From Eledone cirrhosa (Eukaryota), in contig OZ024744.1 in NCBI GenBank assembly GCA_964016885.1, forward strand, positions 60,760,001-60,824,000: a DNA stretch of 64,000 bases, in the 5' to 3' direction. The notes beneath the pieces are model-generated. The model did not search any database and was not told the DNA's origin. It saw only the letters and a list, made by a program, of their open reading frames with translations. Of the stretch, positions 53,041 through 64,000 are shown piece by piece (position 1 is the stretch's first letter; every line of letters begins with the position of its first letter). The position numbers and the translations under genes are program-made.

Positions 53041-53456
53041 GGGCATCCCACTATAGAAACCAAGCCAAAAATCCGTTCTGTGTGAGCAAAACACGGTCCT
53101 CCGACCTGGATTTCTCACAGCAGGACAGCACATCCTACCCATGCTAGCATGGAAAATGGACGTTAAACGATGCTGATAATGATGATGATGAACTGTGTAC
53201 ATTAGAAAATATATTTTATGTAGGTATAACTATAACCAGAAGAGAAGTACCTATATGATTCAAAGAGTATTTATAGTCAACACTATATATATATCTGATG
53301 ATCATCTAGTGAGAATATTTGTGAGGAATAGAATAATATAGTCCTAGATACATGATCTTTTAATGACAGGATGATCACAGATGAAATGATTTAGGTCATA
53401 GAATTGCTTGATCAGAGTTGACCAGAAACTAAACAGTATGAATTAGAAACCTTTAC

Positions 53457-53624
53457 CTGGAAATTTGAACGTAGTTCCCTGGGAAAACTCCACTGATTCC
53501 AGTTTTCAAACAACAACCTTTATACCAACCATCCTGACATTTTTCAGTAACAGTGTACTGGTCTCCTTTATGCAACTCAACTTCATCATCTTTCTGTGGC
53601 TTGTAATTGTAAAGAGCCGAATAG
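53457..53624 (-). CDS. SH3RF1: SH3RF/POSH exon (3rd SH3 domain)
   Basis: (I)YSALYNYKPQKDDEVELHKGDQYTVTEKCQDGWYKGCCLKTGISGVFPGNYVQIS(R); ttccAG acceptor, GTAAAG donor; phase 2 to 2. Not in the ORF track. Confidence 0.95.
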
Positions 53625-55154
53625 CTGGAACAGACAAAGAGATAAGAAGAATTTAACCCTTTTGATCACCAGAAACTGTCCCTTTTTCTATGATACTAAG
53701 CTGTATACTGTAAATATTTTTCTTAAGGAGTCAGACTTTTGGGACACCATGGATACACATATAGTGAAGAGATGTGTGCCTTCTAGTTAAGGTGAATAAC
53801 AATACAACTGAAAACATGAAAGTTACTATAAATGCCAGGTTTCATAACTTCTTTAGGATGTTTTCTGCCAATAACACAATGTAATAAAATTGTGTTATTA
53901 CATAACACAGGAAAAGGATCTTTTCTGTATATAACACAATGTAGTTTTCCTCTTCAGAGCCAGTAAATACTTTGGTTTTAACCCATTGCCAACCTTCTAG
54001 AAACCTTATGTAGGACCCACATTAAAGAGTAGTCGTACCACATCTGAGACTGTACTACTGCTACACAGTTATACATACACACTGACTAGATCCACAATTC
54101 AGTACTGCTCTCACATCTGAGAGACAATGACGTTGCTACCTACACACAAACAGCCTAGAGCCACATTTTAGAACTGATCTTACATCTGGGAGAATGCTGC
54201 TGCTACCCTCACACAAACATCCTAGTCTACACCCAAATCTACATCGTCAATGACTAGCTTTCCTTCTCAGCTCTGATTAGTTACCAACTTTCTATAAAAT
54301 TCAGACAAGACATACAATGGAATACTATTTTCACATATGTCATGGTGGTGCTGGTAGCCACACATACATATATTCACGATGACATTGAAAAGAAAGTAAT
54401 ATCATTGATTTATAAAGAAACACTGACCAACATACAGATGTGCTGTTTACTATCCCTAAAATGTCTACCAGCATTGTAATGACCAAATGGTCGAAAAGTT
54501 CACTTTGCAAAAATAATGTTGTGGGTACAATCCCATTGCATAACATCTTGAGGAAATGTCATTTACTAAAGCTTCTGGTCAACTAAAGCATTGCAAGTGA
54601 AATTGGGTAGACAGAAACTGTTTAGAAGCTAGTTGAATAGACTGTACCTGGATTTCAATAGGTCAGCCTTGTTGTACAGTATCATGCTATATGCTATGGG
54701 TACACATGTCTGTGGAATGCTCAGCCACTTACATGTTAATTTCATGAGCAGGCAACTCCATAAATCGAAAAACTGTAACACTTGGGATCAAAACAGAATT
54801 TCATTCTATATCAACGAATCAACACTGTACTACACGCACTTCACGCATAAAACACAAAAAACAAATAGACCCTAGGTGTATAAATATATGTGTGTGTGTG
54901 TGTGTGTGTAAAATGGTAGTGTTGGTATCACAATAAAAATGCTTGCTGTAACGTGGTTAGTATTAGGAGGGGCATCCAGTCATAGAAACCATGCTGAAAT
55001 GGAATGCATGAGCAAACGTGGTCATCTGATCCCTTTAATCTCAGACTATGAGCAGTTTGACCCATGCAAGCATGGAAAATGGATGTAAAATGGAGAAGAT
55101 AATGATATGTATATATGTAAGTGTCACGACAAAAAGTGTCCAGCCTACACTGTT

Positions 55155-55470
55155 AAGTGTTAAGAGAGAAACAGTGTCTGAGAGGGATAAATTGTAGTGT
55201 GCGGGAGAGGAGACTGCGATGGTATGGACATGTGTTGCACATGGAAGATGACCGATGGGTGAAGAAGTGCCAAGAAATGCCAGTTGAAGGAAGACGTAGT
55301 AGAGGAAGACTACGAAAAACATGGGCGGAGGTGGTGAGAGCAGACCGCAGATTGCTGAAGCTCACGGTGGAGATGACGAAGGACCGTGACAAGTGGAGTG
55401 ATGCTGTGCTGAATAGAACCCGTCCCGCCCTTGCAAGCAGGGAAAAGTGGACGTAAAATGATAATGATGA
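55155..55470 (+). mobile_element. RTE LINE 3' end
   Basis: RERRLRWYGHVLHM...GRRSRGRLRKTW followed by an (ATG)n-like tail. Confidence 0.85.
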
Positions 55471-55500
55471 TACATATTATATATATATATTATATATATA

Positions 55501-55814
55501 CATGGCTTAGTGGTTAGAGTATTGGCCTTGCAATCGAGAGGTTGTGAGTTCAATTCTCAGACCGGGTGATGTGTTGTGTCCTTGAACAAGACACTTTATT
55601 TCACATTGTTCCAGTTTACTCAGCTTAGAAATGAGATGATAGGGACTGGGGTCCCTATCATTCCACTGCAAAGTGGTCGTGGAGGTGCCACGGGCAAAAG
55701 GCACCCAGCACTCACTGTAAATGAGGTTGGTGTTAGGAAGGGCATCCAGCTGTAGAAATTAAGCCAGAATCAGTTCCTGTCCCACCCTTGCAAGCAGGGA
55801 AAAGCGGACGTAAA

Positions 55815-55845
<31 letters not shown>
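55501..55845 (+). mobile_element. tRNA-derived SINE (family S2) with RTE-derived tail
   Basis: A-box TGGCTTAGTGG, B-box GAGTTCAATTC, central GTGTCCTTGAACAAGACAC, tail GGAAGGGCATCCAGC...GGACGTAAAA(TGA)n. Confidence 0.85.
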
Positions 55846-55846
<1 letters not shown>

Positions 55847-56072
55847 ATATAATATATATATAAAATATATATATTATATTATATATAAAATATATATATT
55901 ATATATATATTATATATATATATATATATAAAATATATATATAATATATATATATATAATATAGTCTAACCCATGCTAGTGTGGAAGATAGACGTTAAAC
56001 AATGATGATGATATATATATCATCATCATACGTCCGCTTTGATGATGATGAAAATGATGATATATATATATC

Positions 56073-56410
56073 ACATGGCTTAGTGGTTAGAGCATTGGCC
56101 TTGCAATCGAAAGGTTGTGAGTTCAATTCTCAGACCGGGTGATGTGTTGTTTCCTTGAGCAAGACACTTTATTTCACATTGCTCCAGTTTTCTCAGCTGT
56201 AGAAATGAGATGATAGGGACTGGGGTCCCTTTCATTACACTGCAAAGTGGTCGTGGAGGTGCCACAGCAAAAAAAGGCACCCATCACTCACTGTAAATGA
56301 GGTTGGTGTTAGGAAGGGCATCCAGCTGTAGAAATCAAGCCAGAATCAGTTATCGTCCCACCCTTGCAAGCAGGGAAAAAGCGGACGTAAAATGAAATGA
56401 TGAATGATGA
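56073..56410 (+). mobile_element. tRNA-derived SINE S2, second copy
   Basis: Closely similar to 55501-55845. Confidence 0.85.
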
Positions 56411-56412
56411 TA

Positions 56413-57302
56413 CAGAGTGCGGAGGATATTTGTTCGCAATTTTCAACTGCTAATTTTATGCAAATTTTTTTTACTTCCGTTGTGACTCTTGTCTTTATAA
56501 AAACAGTGACTATTTCCATTATTTATTTTCAGAATAATTGATTATGAATAATTTTGAACCTCCAAATTTGTGGAATAGACACGGAGTTCTTCTTGGAATC
56601 CGTGCCAGGAGGACAAATAAGACCAGAAGATCAACTCCCAGAATAACAGGTGGCTCGCTGTCTCATCCAAAGACGTGCCCAGAGTCATGCAGACAAAGTT
56701 TTCAGCGACAACATTGGTCTTAGGTGTCGTCAGCAGTCAAGGTGACGTCATGCCACCTCACTTCTTCCCTGAGGGCTTCAAGCTGAACACCGATGGCTAC
56801 ATCCACGTTCTGAGAGAGGTAGTAAAGCCCTGGATCGACCAGGTAGCTGCAGGTAGGCCGTACGTGTGGCAGCAAGACTCAGCGCCCTGCAATACCAGCC
56901 AAAAGACCCAAGCCTGGCTGTCAGAGAACTTCGTCGACCACACTTCACCTGACATCTGGCCTCCCAGCTCGCCTGACTGCAACCCCCTTGACTTCTTTGT
57001 GTGGGGCACAGTGGAACGAGACACCAACAAATCTAGCTGCAATACGAAAGATGATCTAAAGGCCAGGATAACAAGTGCCTTTAGGGGCCTAAGTCGGGGG
57101 ACAGTGACGAAAGCCTGTAGCCGGTTCCGAGGCCGCCTTGAGGCCGTCATCAAAGCCAATGGCGGGTTTATCGAGTGAGATCGAAAGAACAAGTCATGAA
57201 GACAAACTGACTCAAATTTGATAAATAAATCTTAAAAAATAAAACTACTGTGTTATTTTTTCCTAGACAATAATCTTGCGAACAAATATCGTCCACACCC
57301 TG
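56413..57302 (+). mobile_element. Tc1/mariner maT (DD37D) transposon, internally deleted; catalytic C-terminus open at 56675-57178
   Basis: 27-bp TIRs (24/27 match) with TA duplication; QQD-x37-D spacing ending SPDCNPLDF. Confidence 0.9.
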
Positions 57303-57653
57303 TATATAATATATATAAATATAAATAATATAATATATATAAATATATATATATATAAAAAATATAATATAATATATATATACATAATATATATATATAA
57401 TATATATATATACACCCTTCCCCACAAATGTATGTATAAACTTTATGTAGAATGCTCTTCCCAGGTTTCTTTGCTTTTTTACTTTGTTGGTACACACAAC
57501 ACACACATCTGAAATAAAATTAATTTCCCTCTCTACTTGATGTATTGAGTACCTTATTTTAACTTATGTCCTGAAACAGAAAACCATTCTATTTTATGAG
57601 AGAGAGAGAAAGAGGGGGGGGGGGGCGATTAAATGATAATATAAATAACATAC

Positions 57654-57745
57654 ATGACATTCTTTCCAAAATGTGGTGGGCTGTTAGCTGCATTGATCTC
57701 TGCACTGCTTGGTTTTCCTTCATCTCCAGTCTTACCATAAGTGTC
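57654..57745 (-). CDS. SH3RF1: SH3RF/POSH exon (92 nt linker)
   Basis: DTYGKTGDEGKPSSAEINAANSPPHFGKNV(I); tttcAG acceptor, GTATGT donor. Phase 0 to 2 is exactly what the flanking exons require. Confidence 0.8.
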
Positions 57746-58179
57746 CTGAAATTGGATGACAAAACCATATGGTACAAAGTATTTGTGAATGATTTATATA
57801 GAAAGTATAATAACTTGAAAGTCTAGAAATGCATGTGATGAGTTGTTCATAGGATTATAATATTTTGAACGATCTAACTCCTTTGTTACCATATTTCTAA
57901 TGAAACATACTGCCAATCTGTTTCGATTTATTTTTAGAATAATAAAAAATCTTGAGGAATTTATTAAGCTTTTTGGAATATTATTTAACAAAAGTTCTTA
58001 CATACAATTATTATGGAAGGTTTCTAAATAAATATGAACACTTCAAAATATAGTTTTGTATTAAAAGGGTTAGTCTCGTCTGTGGAGTTTGCCAACAAAA
58101 ACGTAGTTGTCTACTGCTCTCTTGAGCACATTGTGTGACTGGTTCAATTGGATCCTATTTTAAAGACAGCGGGGAGTTT

Positions 58180-58800
58180 GATGAGGGAGATTTGGCTGTT
58201 ACATAGAGTTAAGTAAAGTAACTACACAGTAGCTCCCTTACTGGTTTATGTGGTCCCTATTTTAAATAAAGTAAGGAATTCGTTGAGGGAGATTTGACTT
58301 TTACATTGAGTAAGGTCTAGTAACAACACAGTAGCTCCCTCACTGGTTTATGTGATTCCTATTTTAGAGAGTTTGTTAAGGGAGAGTTGGCTGTTTCATT
58401 GAGTAAGATCTAGTAACTACACAGTAGCTCCCTTACTGGTTTATGTGGTCCCTATTTTAAATAAAGTAAGGAATTTGTTGAGGGAGATTTGACTTTTACA
58501 TTGAGTAAGGTCTAGTAACAACACAGTAGCTCCCTCACTGGTTTATGTGATTCCTATTTTAGAGAGTTTGTTAAGGGAGATTTGGCTGTTTCATTGAGTA
58601 AGATCTAGTAACTACACAGTAGCTCCCTTACTGGTTTATGTGGTCTCTATTTTAGAATGTGGGGCGTTTGTTAAGGGAGATTTGGCTGTTACATTGAGTA
58701 AAACAGAGTAGCTACAGAATAATTTTTCTCACTGATTTATGTGGTCACTATTTTAAAAACAGTAGGGTGTGTTTTGAGGGAGATTTGGCTGTTTCTAGTT
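58180..58800. repeat. Minisatellite with alternating 102/93-bp units (195-bp higher-order repeat)
   Basis: Homologous anchors at 58251, 58353, 58446, 58548 and 58641. Confidence 0.88.
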
Positions 58801-58945
58801 AGTCAGGTAATGTATAGAATATCCTATCAATCCAAGAAGTTATGGAAATGTTATGTTGGTTGAACTTTTTCAAGTTGTGATAGAATATAAAAGATAATGT
58901 AGAGATTTAAAATAAAAGAAAGAAAAGCAATATAAAAACATTTAC

Positions 58946-59366
58946 CAAATGTGGCAAAAGTTTTGCTGGATTTACACTGGAAGAACAGCTTGCTGGTGCT
59001 GGAGGTGGAGGCAAAGTGACATGTAGTGGAGAATTTAATGGCAGGGCCCCGGAGCTTGGAGATAGTTCCAGAGATCTTCGCTGTTGGATGGTGGGTGAGG
59101 AGCCTGCTGAGTGGGTATGTGACGTGGCTGTGAACGAGTGCCTCTTCTGCATTGCAGCAAGTGAAGAATTTGGTGGCAGTGGTGGTGCTGAAGTCGCAGC
59201 AGCTGCAGCAGAAGTACTCGATGGCGGAGGAAGGGCTACACGCTGATAATGGTGCCATAGCTTCTGGAATGGTGAACCTAGGCGGGCAGAAGGTGAGGGC
59301 GTAGATGTTGTCCTACTGCTGCCAGCATTACTTGAGCTTCCTTCCGAGGAAACTGACACTGAACGA
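58946..59366 (-). CDS. SH3RF1: SH3RF/POSH exon (421 nt, S/P-rich, contains KRHSF and RRSLE motifs)
   Basis: (S)RSVSVSSEGSSS...QKRHSFT...AKLLPHL; cttcAG acceptor, GTAAAT donor; phase 2 to 0. Confidence 0.88.
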
Positions 59367-60146
59367 CTGAAGTGTAGAAATAATAGATAAAACTATTAAA
59401 TTTTGAAGTTAATGATGGAGAAAACTAATAAAATTTAAATGATGGGAAAATTTAAAATTTAATATATATATATATACACATACATACATTATACATACTT
59501 TAAATCGTAGGGATTTAAAGAAATGTTATTTCAATACTGGGTGTGGCAGTATATACTATTTCTTTGAAAAAGGAAAATAGAATGAAAAAATTTAAAGAAA
59601 TGTTATTTGAATATACCAAGACACATGCTTTAACAGAAGCTTAGGGGTACCTCACTCTCAGGGTTGTAACTGCTTATAGGACACTAAGTCCTTGTGTACT
59701 ATAACTGAGTGGGTGGTCAGGGCTCAGCAGCCTTGGAAGTTACTCAGACTAGGAGAAGGATAATTCCGAGAATAAACCCTCACTGTGTGTGAGTACCTGT
59801 GCAGAGGTGAAGGCTAAGGGAGTCAACTCTGACAGTAATTTGGGTCAAAAGAGAACTTGTGGCCTACCGACCCTATTCATCTCAGAGAGCATGAAGACAC
59901 AAGGAACTGTCTAAATATTTTTTTCATGGAACTCCAGACACTCCTTTGCAGAACCCATTTAGGGAACCACTGCTCTATGTCAATGATTCTCAGACCAAGT
60001 TCACATTCCTCCCCCAATTTGAATACTCATCTAATAATTTTTCAGTCAAGCATCATATTAACATGAGCAAACTTTTCAAGCATCAATAACTGTATAGTTT
60101 AGTAGTTGTTAGAAGTGCAGGTTACATTCCACCCATTGTGATTTAA

Positions 60147-60364
60147 CCCTTTAGCATTTACATTACTCTATATTTACTATTATATTTTCATGGTAAAAGC
60201 TTTACCTCACATAATTATCTTGCATAATATTGAATCTATGAGATTTTGATATTATTTATTTTGAGAATACCTTAACATCAGTTTGAGTGGCCAGTTACAA
60301 CCAGTTTGAACAGAAAGAGGTGAGGGAATTCTGGTCGGATATGGCCAGTTTAAATGCTAAAGGG
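60147..60364. mobile_element. piggyBac-type MITE
   Basis: TTAA|CCCTTTAGCATTTA...TAAATGCTAAAGGG|TTAA. Confidence 0.85.
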
Positions 60365-60740
60365 TTAAGCTTTCTTCAACCCCCCCCCCCCCCCCCTCCA
60401 TTTTGAATTGTCATCTAGTAATTTTTTACCCTAACGTGCAAACATTAACATGCAAACATCAATAATTTACAGCCCCAAAGGAAATTAAGTCTGAAACATC
60501 AGTTCTTTATTAACTGTTAATTCATGATCACCGTTATAGATTAGTATTTTATTTGATATATACACAATGTACACTATTTTTTCCAGCTTGGATTCCTCTT
60601 CAATTCCTCCACTGGGATACCATAAATAGAGGAGTTAATTAATCAATAGTAATTACTATATATTTAATAGCAATACATATAAAACAGATGCCATAAAAAA
60701 AAAAAGGAATAAAGAAAACCAGTAAAAATATGGTATTTAC

Positions 60741-60781
60741 CTAGTTCTTGAAGCAACCAGAAGCTTTGCAGCCTCATTTAA
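60741..60781 (-). CDS. SH3RF1: SH3RF/POSH micro-exon (41 nt)
   Basis: LNEAAKLLVASRT(S), matching the 'FNSAAKQL' segment that follows SH3-2 in vertebrate POSH. Polypyrimidine-cAG acceptor, GTAAAT donor; phase 0 to 2. Confidence 0.9.
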
Positions 60782-61194
60782 CTGTCAAAAGAAAAAGAAT
60801 TCAAATGAAAATTATATATATATACATAGACATCACATCACCCGGCCTGTTTTCCTCTCACCTCTATTCTCCTTCCTTACCTTTCCTACACCTTAGTGTT
60901 CTTTGTTTGCATGTTGGGCTACAGTCATTATTATTTTTCTTCAGTTTTACTATTTCTCCTTTGGCTAAGTCCTTGCTCACTCTATATTTGTGTAATTCAC
61001 CCAAAGGCATAACTTGTCTCTACCTGTTCTGTTATGTTCCAATATGCACTGGAACGAACATTATCAACCTTAATGTCTTGAAACCGTAGTGATTTCCAGA
61101 AGTTGACTAAGGAGATGGGACTGTCTGTCTTTCCCTTGCTTTTTCCATTGTCTTTGTCCCGTGTGCCCCCTATTTTGAATATATGTATATATAT

Positions 61195-61768
61195 ATAAAG
61201 TGCAGGGCGATCAAAATTGATGGATGTTACAGAGTAGGTAGACCCAGAAAAACCTGGGACGATTTGATAAATTCCGACCTTACACACTTGCACCTCTCTA
61301 AGACAATGTCACTGGACCGAGATCTTTGGCGCAGTAATACAGAAGACACACTTTGCCTATGTACAAAGCGAAACCTACAGTCAGTAGGCACCTCTTAACC
61401 AAATATACACCCCAACCCACTACCCCTACTCCACCCTCCCACTCCCACCAACACCACCCTTTCTCTGTAAAGTTGGTACCACAATATCCAGTCCAAATTA
61501 ATGAGATAGTGAGATCGAGATCGTGTAGGTGTGTCACAACAAAAAACACACAGTCCACGCTGTAATGTGGCTGTGTAGGTAACATGGTAAAAAGTTCCCA
61601 GTCCACACTGTAAATGTGGTTGGTGTTAGGAAGGGCATCCAGCCGTAGAAAACCTGCCAGATAGTCCTATACGAGCGAGACACGATCACCCGATCAACCT
61701 TGCCTCAAATTGGGACAACTCCCGTCTAACCCATGCTAGATAGACGTTAAATGATGATAATGATGATG
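61195..61768 (+). mobile_element. RTE LINE 3' fragment
   Basis: KCRAIKIDG..RVGRPRKTWDDLI plus the 3' UTR shared with 42240-42783. Confidence 0.88.
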
Positions 61769-62545
61769 AAGGCCCTAAGAAAGACCCACTTAAAGATTAA
61801 AGTGGTAGAAAAGCCAGGAACTACCATAAAATCCCTGATCAGCAAACCCACTGTACTAATAAGAAATGTGTTATATGTAAAATTAACCCCCAGATAAACT
61901 GTAAAACTAGAAATGTAGTCTATAGCATAAGATGTACAGAGGGTACTTGCAGAAACATGACAACGACATACATAGGTGAGACAGCTCGAAGCATAGGAGA
62001 AAGAATAGACCAACACTAGGAGGAATTAAAAGGACAAAAACACGGTTCAGTACTATACGAACACGCCAGATAAAGACATGACGGTAATATAGACAACATA
62101 GAAATTAAAATAATATCTAAACATAGAAATGACTCAACAGGTAGGTAAATCAGAGAAGCGAGCGAAATAGAGCTTAGAAGACCAAAGTTAAACAGGAAAA
62201 AAACGAATGGAATAACAACAACCATACCCAAACAAACAATACTGACTTAAGAGAAATATAAATAAATAAATATATACACAAGTATAATAACAACAAACAC
62301 ATATAAACACACACTAGTAAACAAAGATAGAATACAAAAACCAAAACACATACACTCAAACGCGAACACACACACCAAACATTATACACACACGCAAACG
62401 CATGTGCAGAGACGGAGACAAGAATAAATAAATAAATAAAATAAAAATGGTGTAGACATCACAATACAATAGAATAGAAGGGAACATAATAATTGTACCA
62501 CTGATGATGTTGCAGATGCGCAACGAAAGAACTTTGATAGACTAT
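61769..62545 (+). mobile_element. Penelope-like element 3' part: GIY-YIG endonuclease pseudo-ORF (~61785-62210), 3' UTR and hammerhead
   Basis: KCVICKINPQINCKTRNVVYSIRCTEGTCRNMTTTYIGETARSIGERIDQH*...SVLYEHAR*RH...R*IREASEIELRRPKLNRK; three stops plus frameshifts. Confidence 0.88.
62496..62539 (+). ncRNA. Minimal type I hammerhead at the PLE 3' end
   Basis: UACCA CUGAUGA U GUUGC-agaugc-GCAAC GAAA GAAC UU UGAUA; one stem I mismatch. Confidence 0.7.
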
Positions 62546-63809
62546 ATATATATATTGGACTATATATAAGATTGGCTTGGTTGCTCTTGAAATATATGTA
62601 ATAAAATAATTATGGTTTTATAAATATAGTTTCCATTTATTAATATATTGATTATATATTTAGATCTGTATTTTTAACCGTTGGTCAATCAATGATAAAC
62701 ATTGATTGCCAAATAAATTAACTTGGAGATATAAAAGATACAGAAGTGAAAACCAACCAAACAGTGAGTGTGTTATGTTATTAATTCTGGCAATATTATT
62801 ACAACAATATGACCCTTGCCAAGTATAACAGTGTATGTATGTATATATATATACATGCATAATACCTGTTGAAAAATAACAGGGTTTATAGAAAAAAAGG
62901 ATATTTAATTTAATATGTCCTTGATTAAAACATTCTATATAAAGATGCTTGAATCCTCAAAGTATAGATAAACAGACAGAGAGCTAGCTATACAAACTGA
63001 TATACAGGTAAATAGGTAAATAGATAGACAGATAGGTAAGTAGGTAGATAGACAGACAGTTAAGTTGACAGATAGATGTTTTTATTATCCAAAGATAGAC
63101 ACATAGGTAGATAGCTATAGATAGCTACTGTTCTACCACTAATTACCAAGAGGGTGGATATGTATTGTCAACACTGCATGTGAAAGTGAGAGAAATAAGA
63201 AGGAAGATATCAAATGACCGCTTTCTAAGCAAACCTAGCATAAAGTCGTTATGTATACATAGAGGCATATTTCATATTTTTGGCTACATAGGATTACAGA
63301 AATGATAAAATATGACCACTAATTTTAGGATAAAGTGTATAATTTCCCCCTTGCAGAAGCTCAGATAAATTTTAACAATTTAAAACTTGTACCTTCTTTT
63401 TAGTCAAAAGGTCACTTCTTGACAGTTTAGTTAACATCAAACTATAGTTTATAATTTGAAAAACTATAATCACAATGAATATATATGTGTGTAAGCATGC
63501 ATTACTATGAATCACTTAAGGAGTGTGGGGTGGTATTTTTTACTATTACTATTTGTATGCATTTTCTATGAAAACAATGAGCATATATGTGTGTGTGTGT
63601 GTAAAAAATAAATAGAAATAACAAAGCAAACAGTACAATGAAGAAATATATTAGTTTAATGCTTGAAATAACAGGAAAAGAGTCAACGTTTTGGACACTA
63701 GTCCTTCATCAGAAGACACAGACTGAGAGAGAAAAGATGAAATAGAAAGATAAAGAAATAGAAAGATAAAGAAAAGAGGAAAAAATGTAAAAAAAATAGT
63801 CAGCCATTT

Positions 63810-63880
<71 letters not shown>

Positions 63881-63894
63881 AATGTAGGCCTTAC

Positions 63895-63990
63895 CTCAAC
63901 AAAAGAAGTGGGGAAAATTCCAATTTTGTCTCCTCTTCTTCCTTCTAACCAGTTGTCGTCAACTTTCCTAATTAGCTGAAGCACTTCATC
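63895..63990 (-). CDS. SH3RF1: SH3RF/POSH exon (C-terminal half of 2nd SH3 domain)
   Basis: [32 protein letters not shown]; tgtAG acceptor, GTAAGG donor; phase 0 to 0. The gene continues beyond the window. Confidence 0.93.
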
Positions 63991-64000
63991 CTACAATAAT

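Noticed and set aside
55501-55565. tRNA-like sequence with A and B boxes (also 56073 and the S1 heads)
   Set aside because: These are SINE heads continuing into SINE body and LINE-derived tail, with no convincing complete cloverleaf.
57730-57745. Strong internal GTAAGA donor 10 nt into the 92-nt POSH exon
   Set aside because: Its use would shift the frame relative to the SH3-3 exon, whereas the downstream GTATGT donor gives the right phase.

Overview
AT-rich, microsatellite- and transposon-dense animal DNA. It is probably an octopus/coleoid cephalopod, inferred from the SINE families and repeat landscape but not confirmed by a search. The right part (39072-63990, minus strand) holds the last eight coding exons of an SH3RF/POSH-type E3 ligase scaffold gene (end of SH3-2, SH3-3, SH3-4). 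They splice in phase to 637 aa plus stop; the RING and SH3-1 exons would lie beyond the window. The rest is decayed mobile DNA: RTE LINEs with a PHD-like insert, CRE-like RLE retrotransposons, Vingi-, Tx1- and R4-like remnants, tRNA-derived SINEs, non-autonomous Helitrons, a maT (DD37D) and a mariner element, and piggyBac- and hAT-type MITEs. The most striking non-coding signal is about 14 minimal type I hammerhead ribozyme motifs, 8 of them in the first 3.8 kb. Several sit on both arms of long near-perfect palindromes inserted in (TA)n tracts, and two Penelope-like GIY-YIG remnants lie next to such motifs. All structures were folded by eye and activity is untested.
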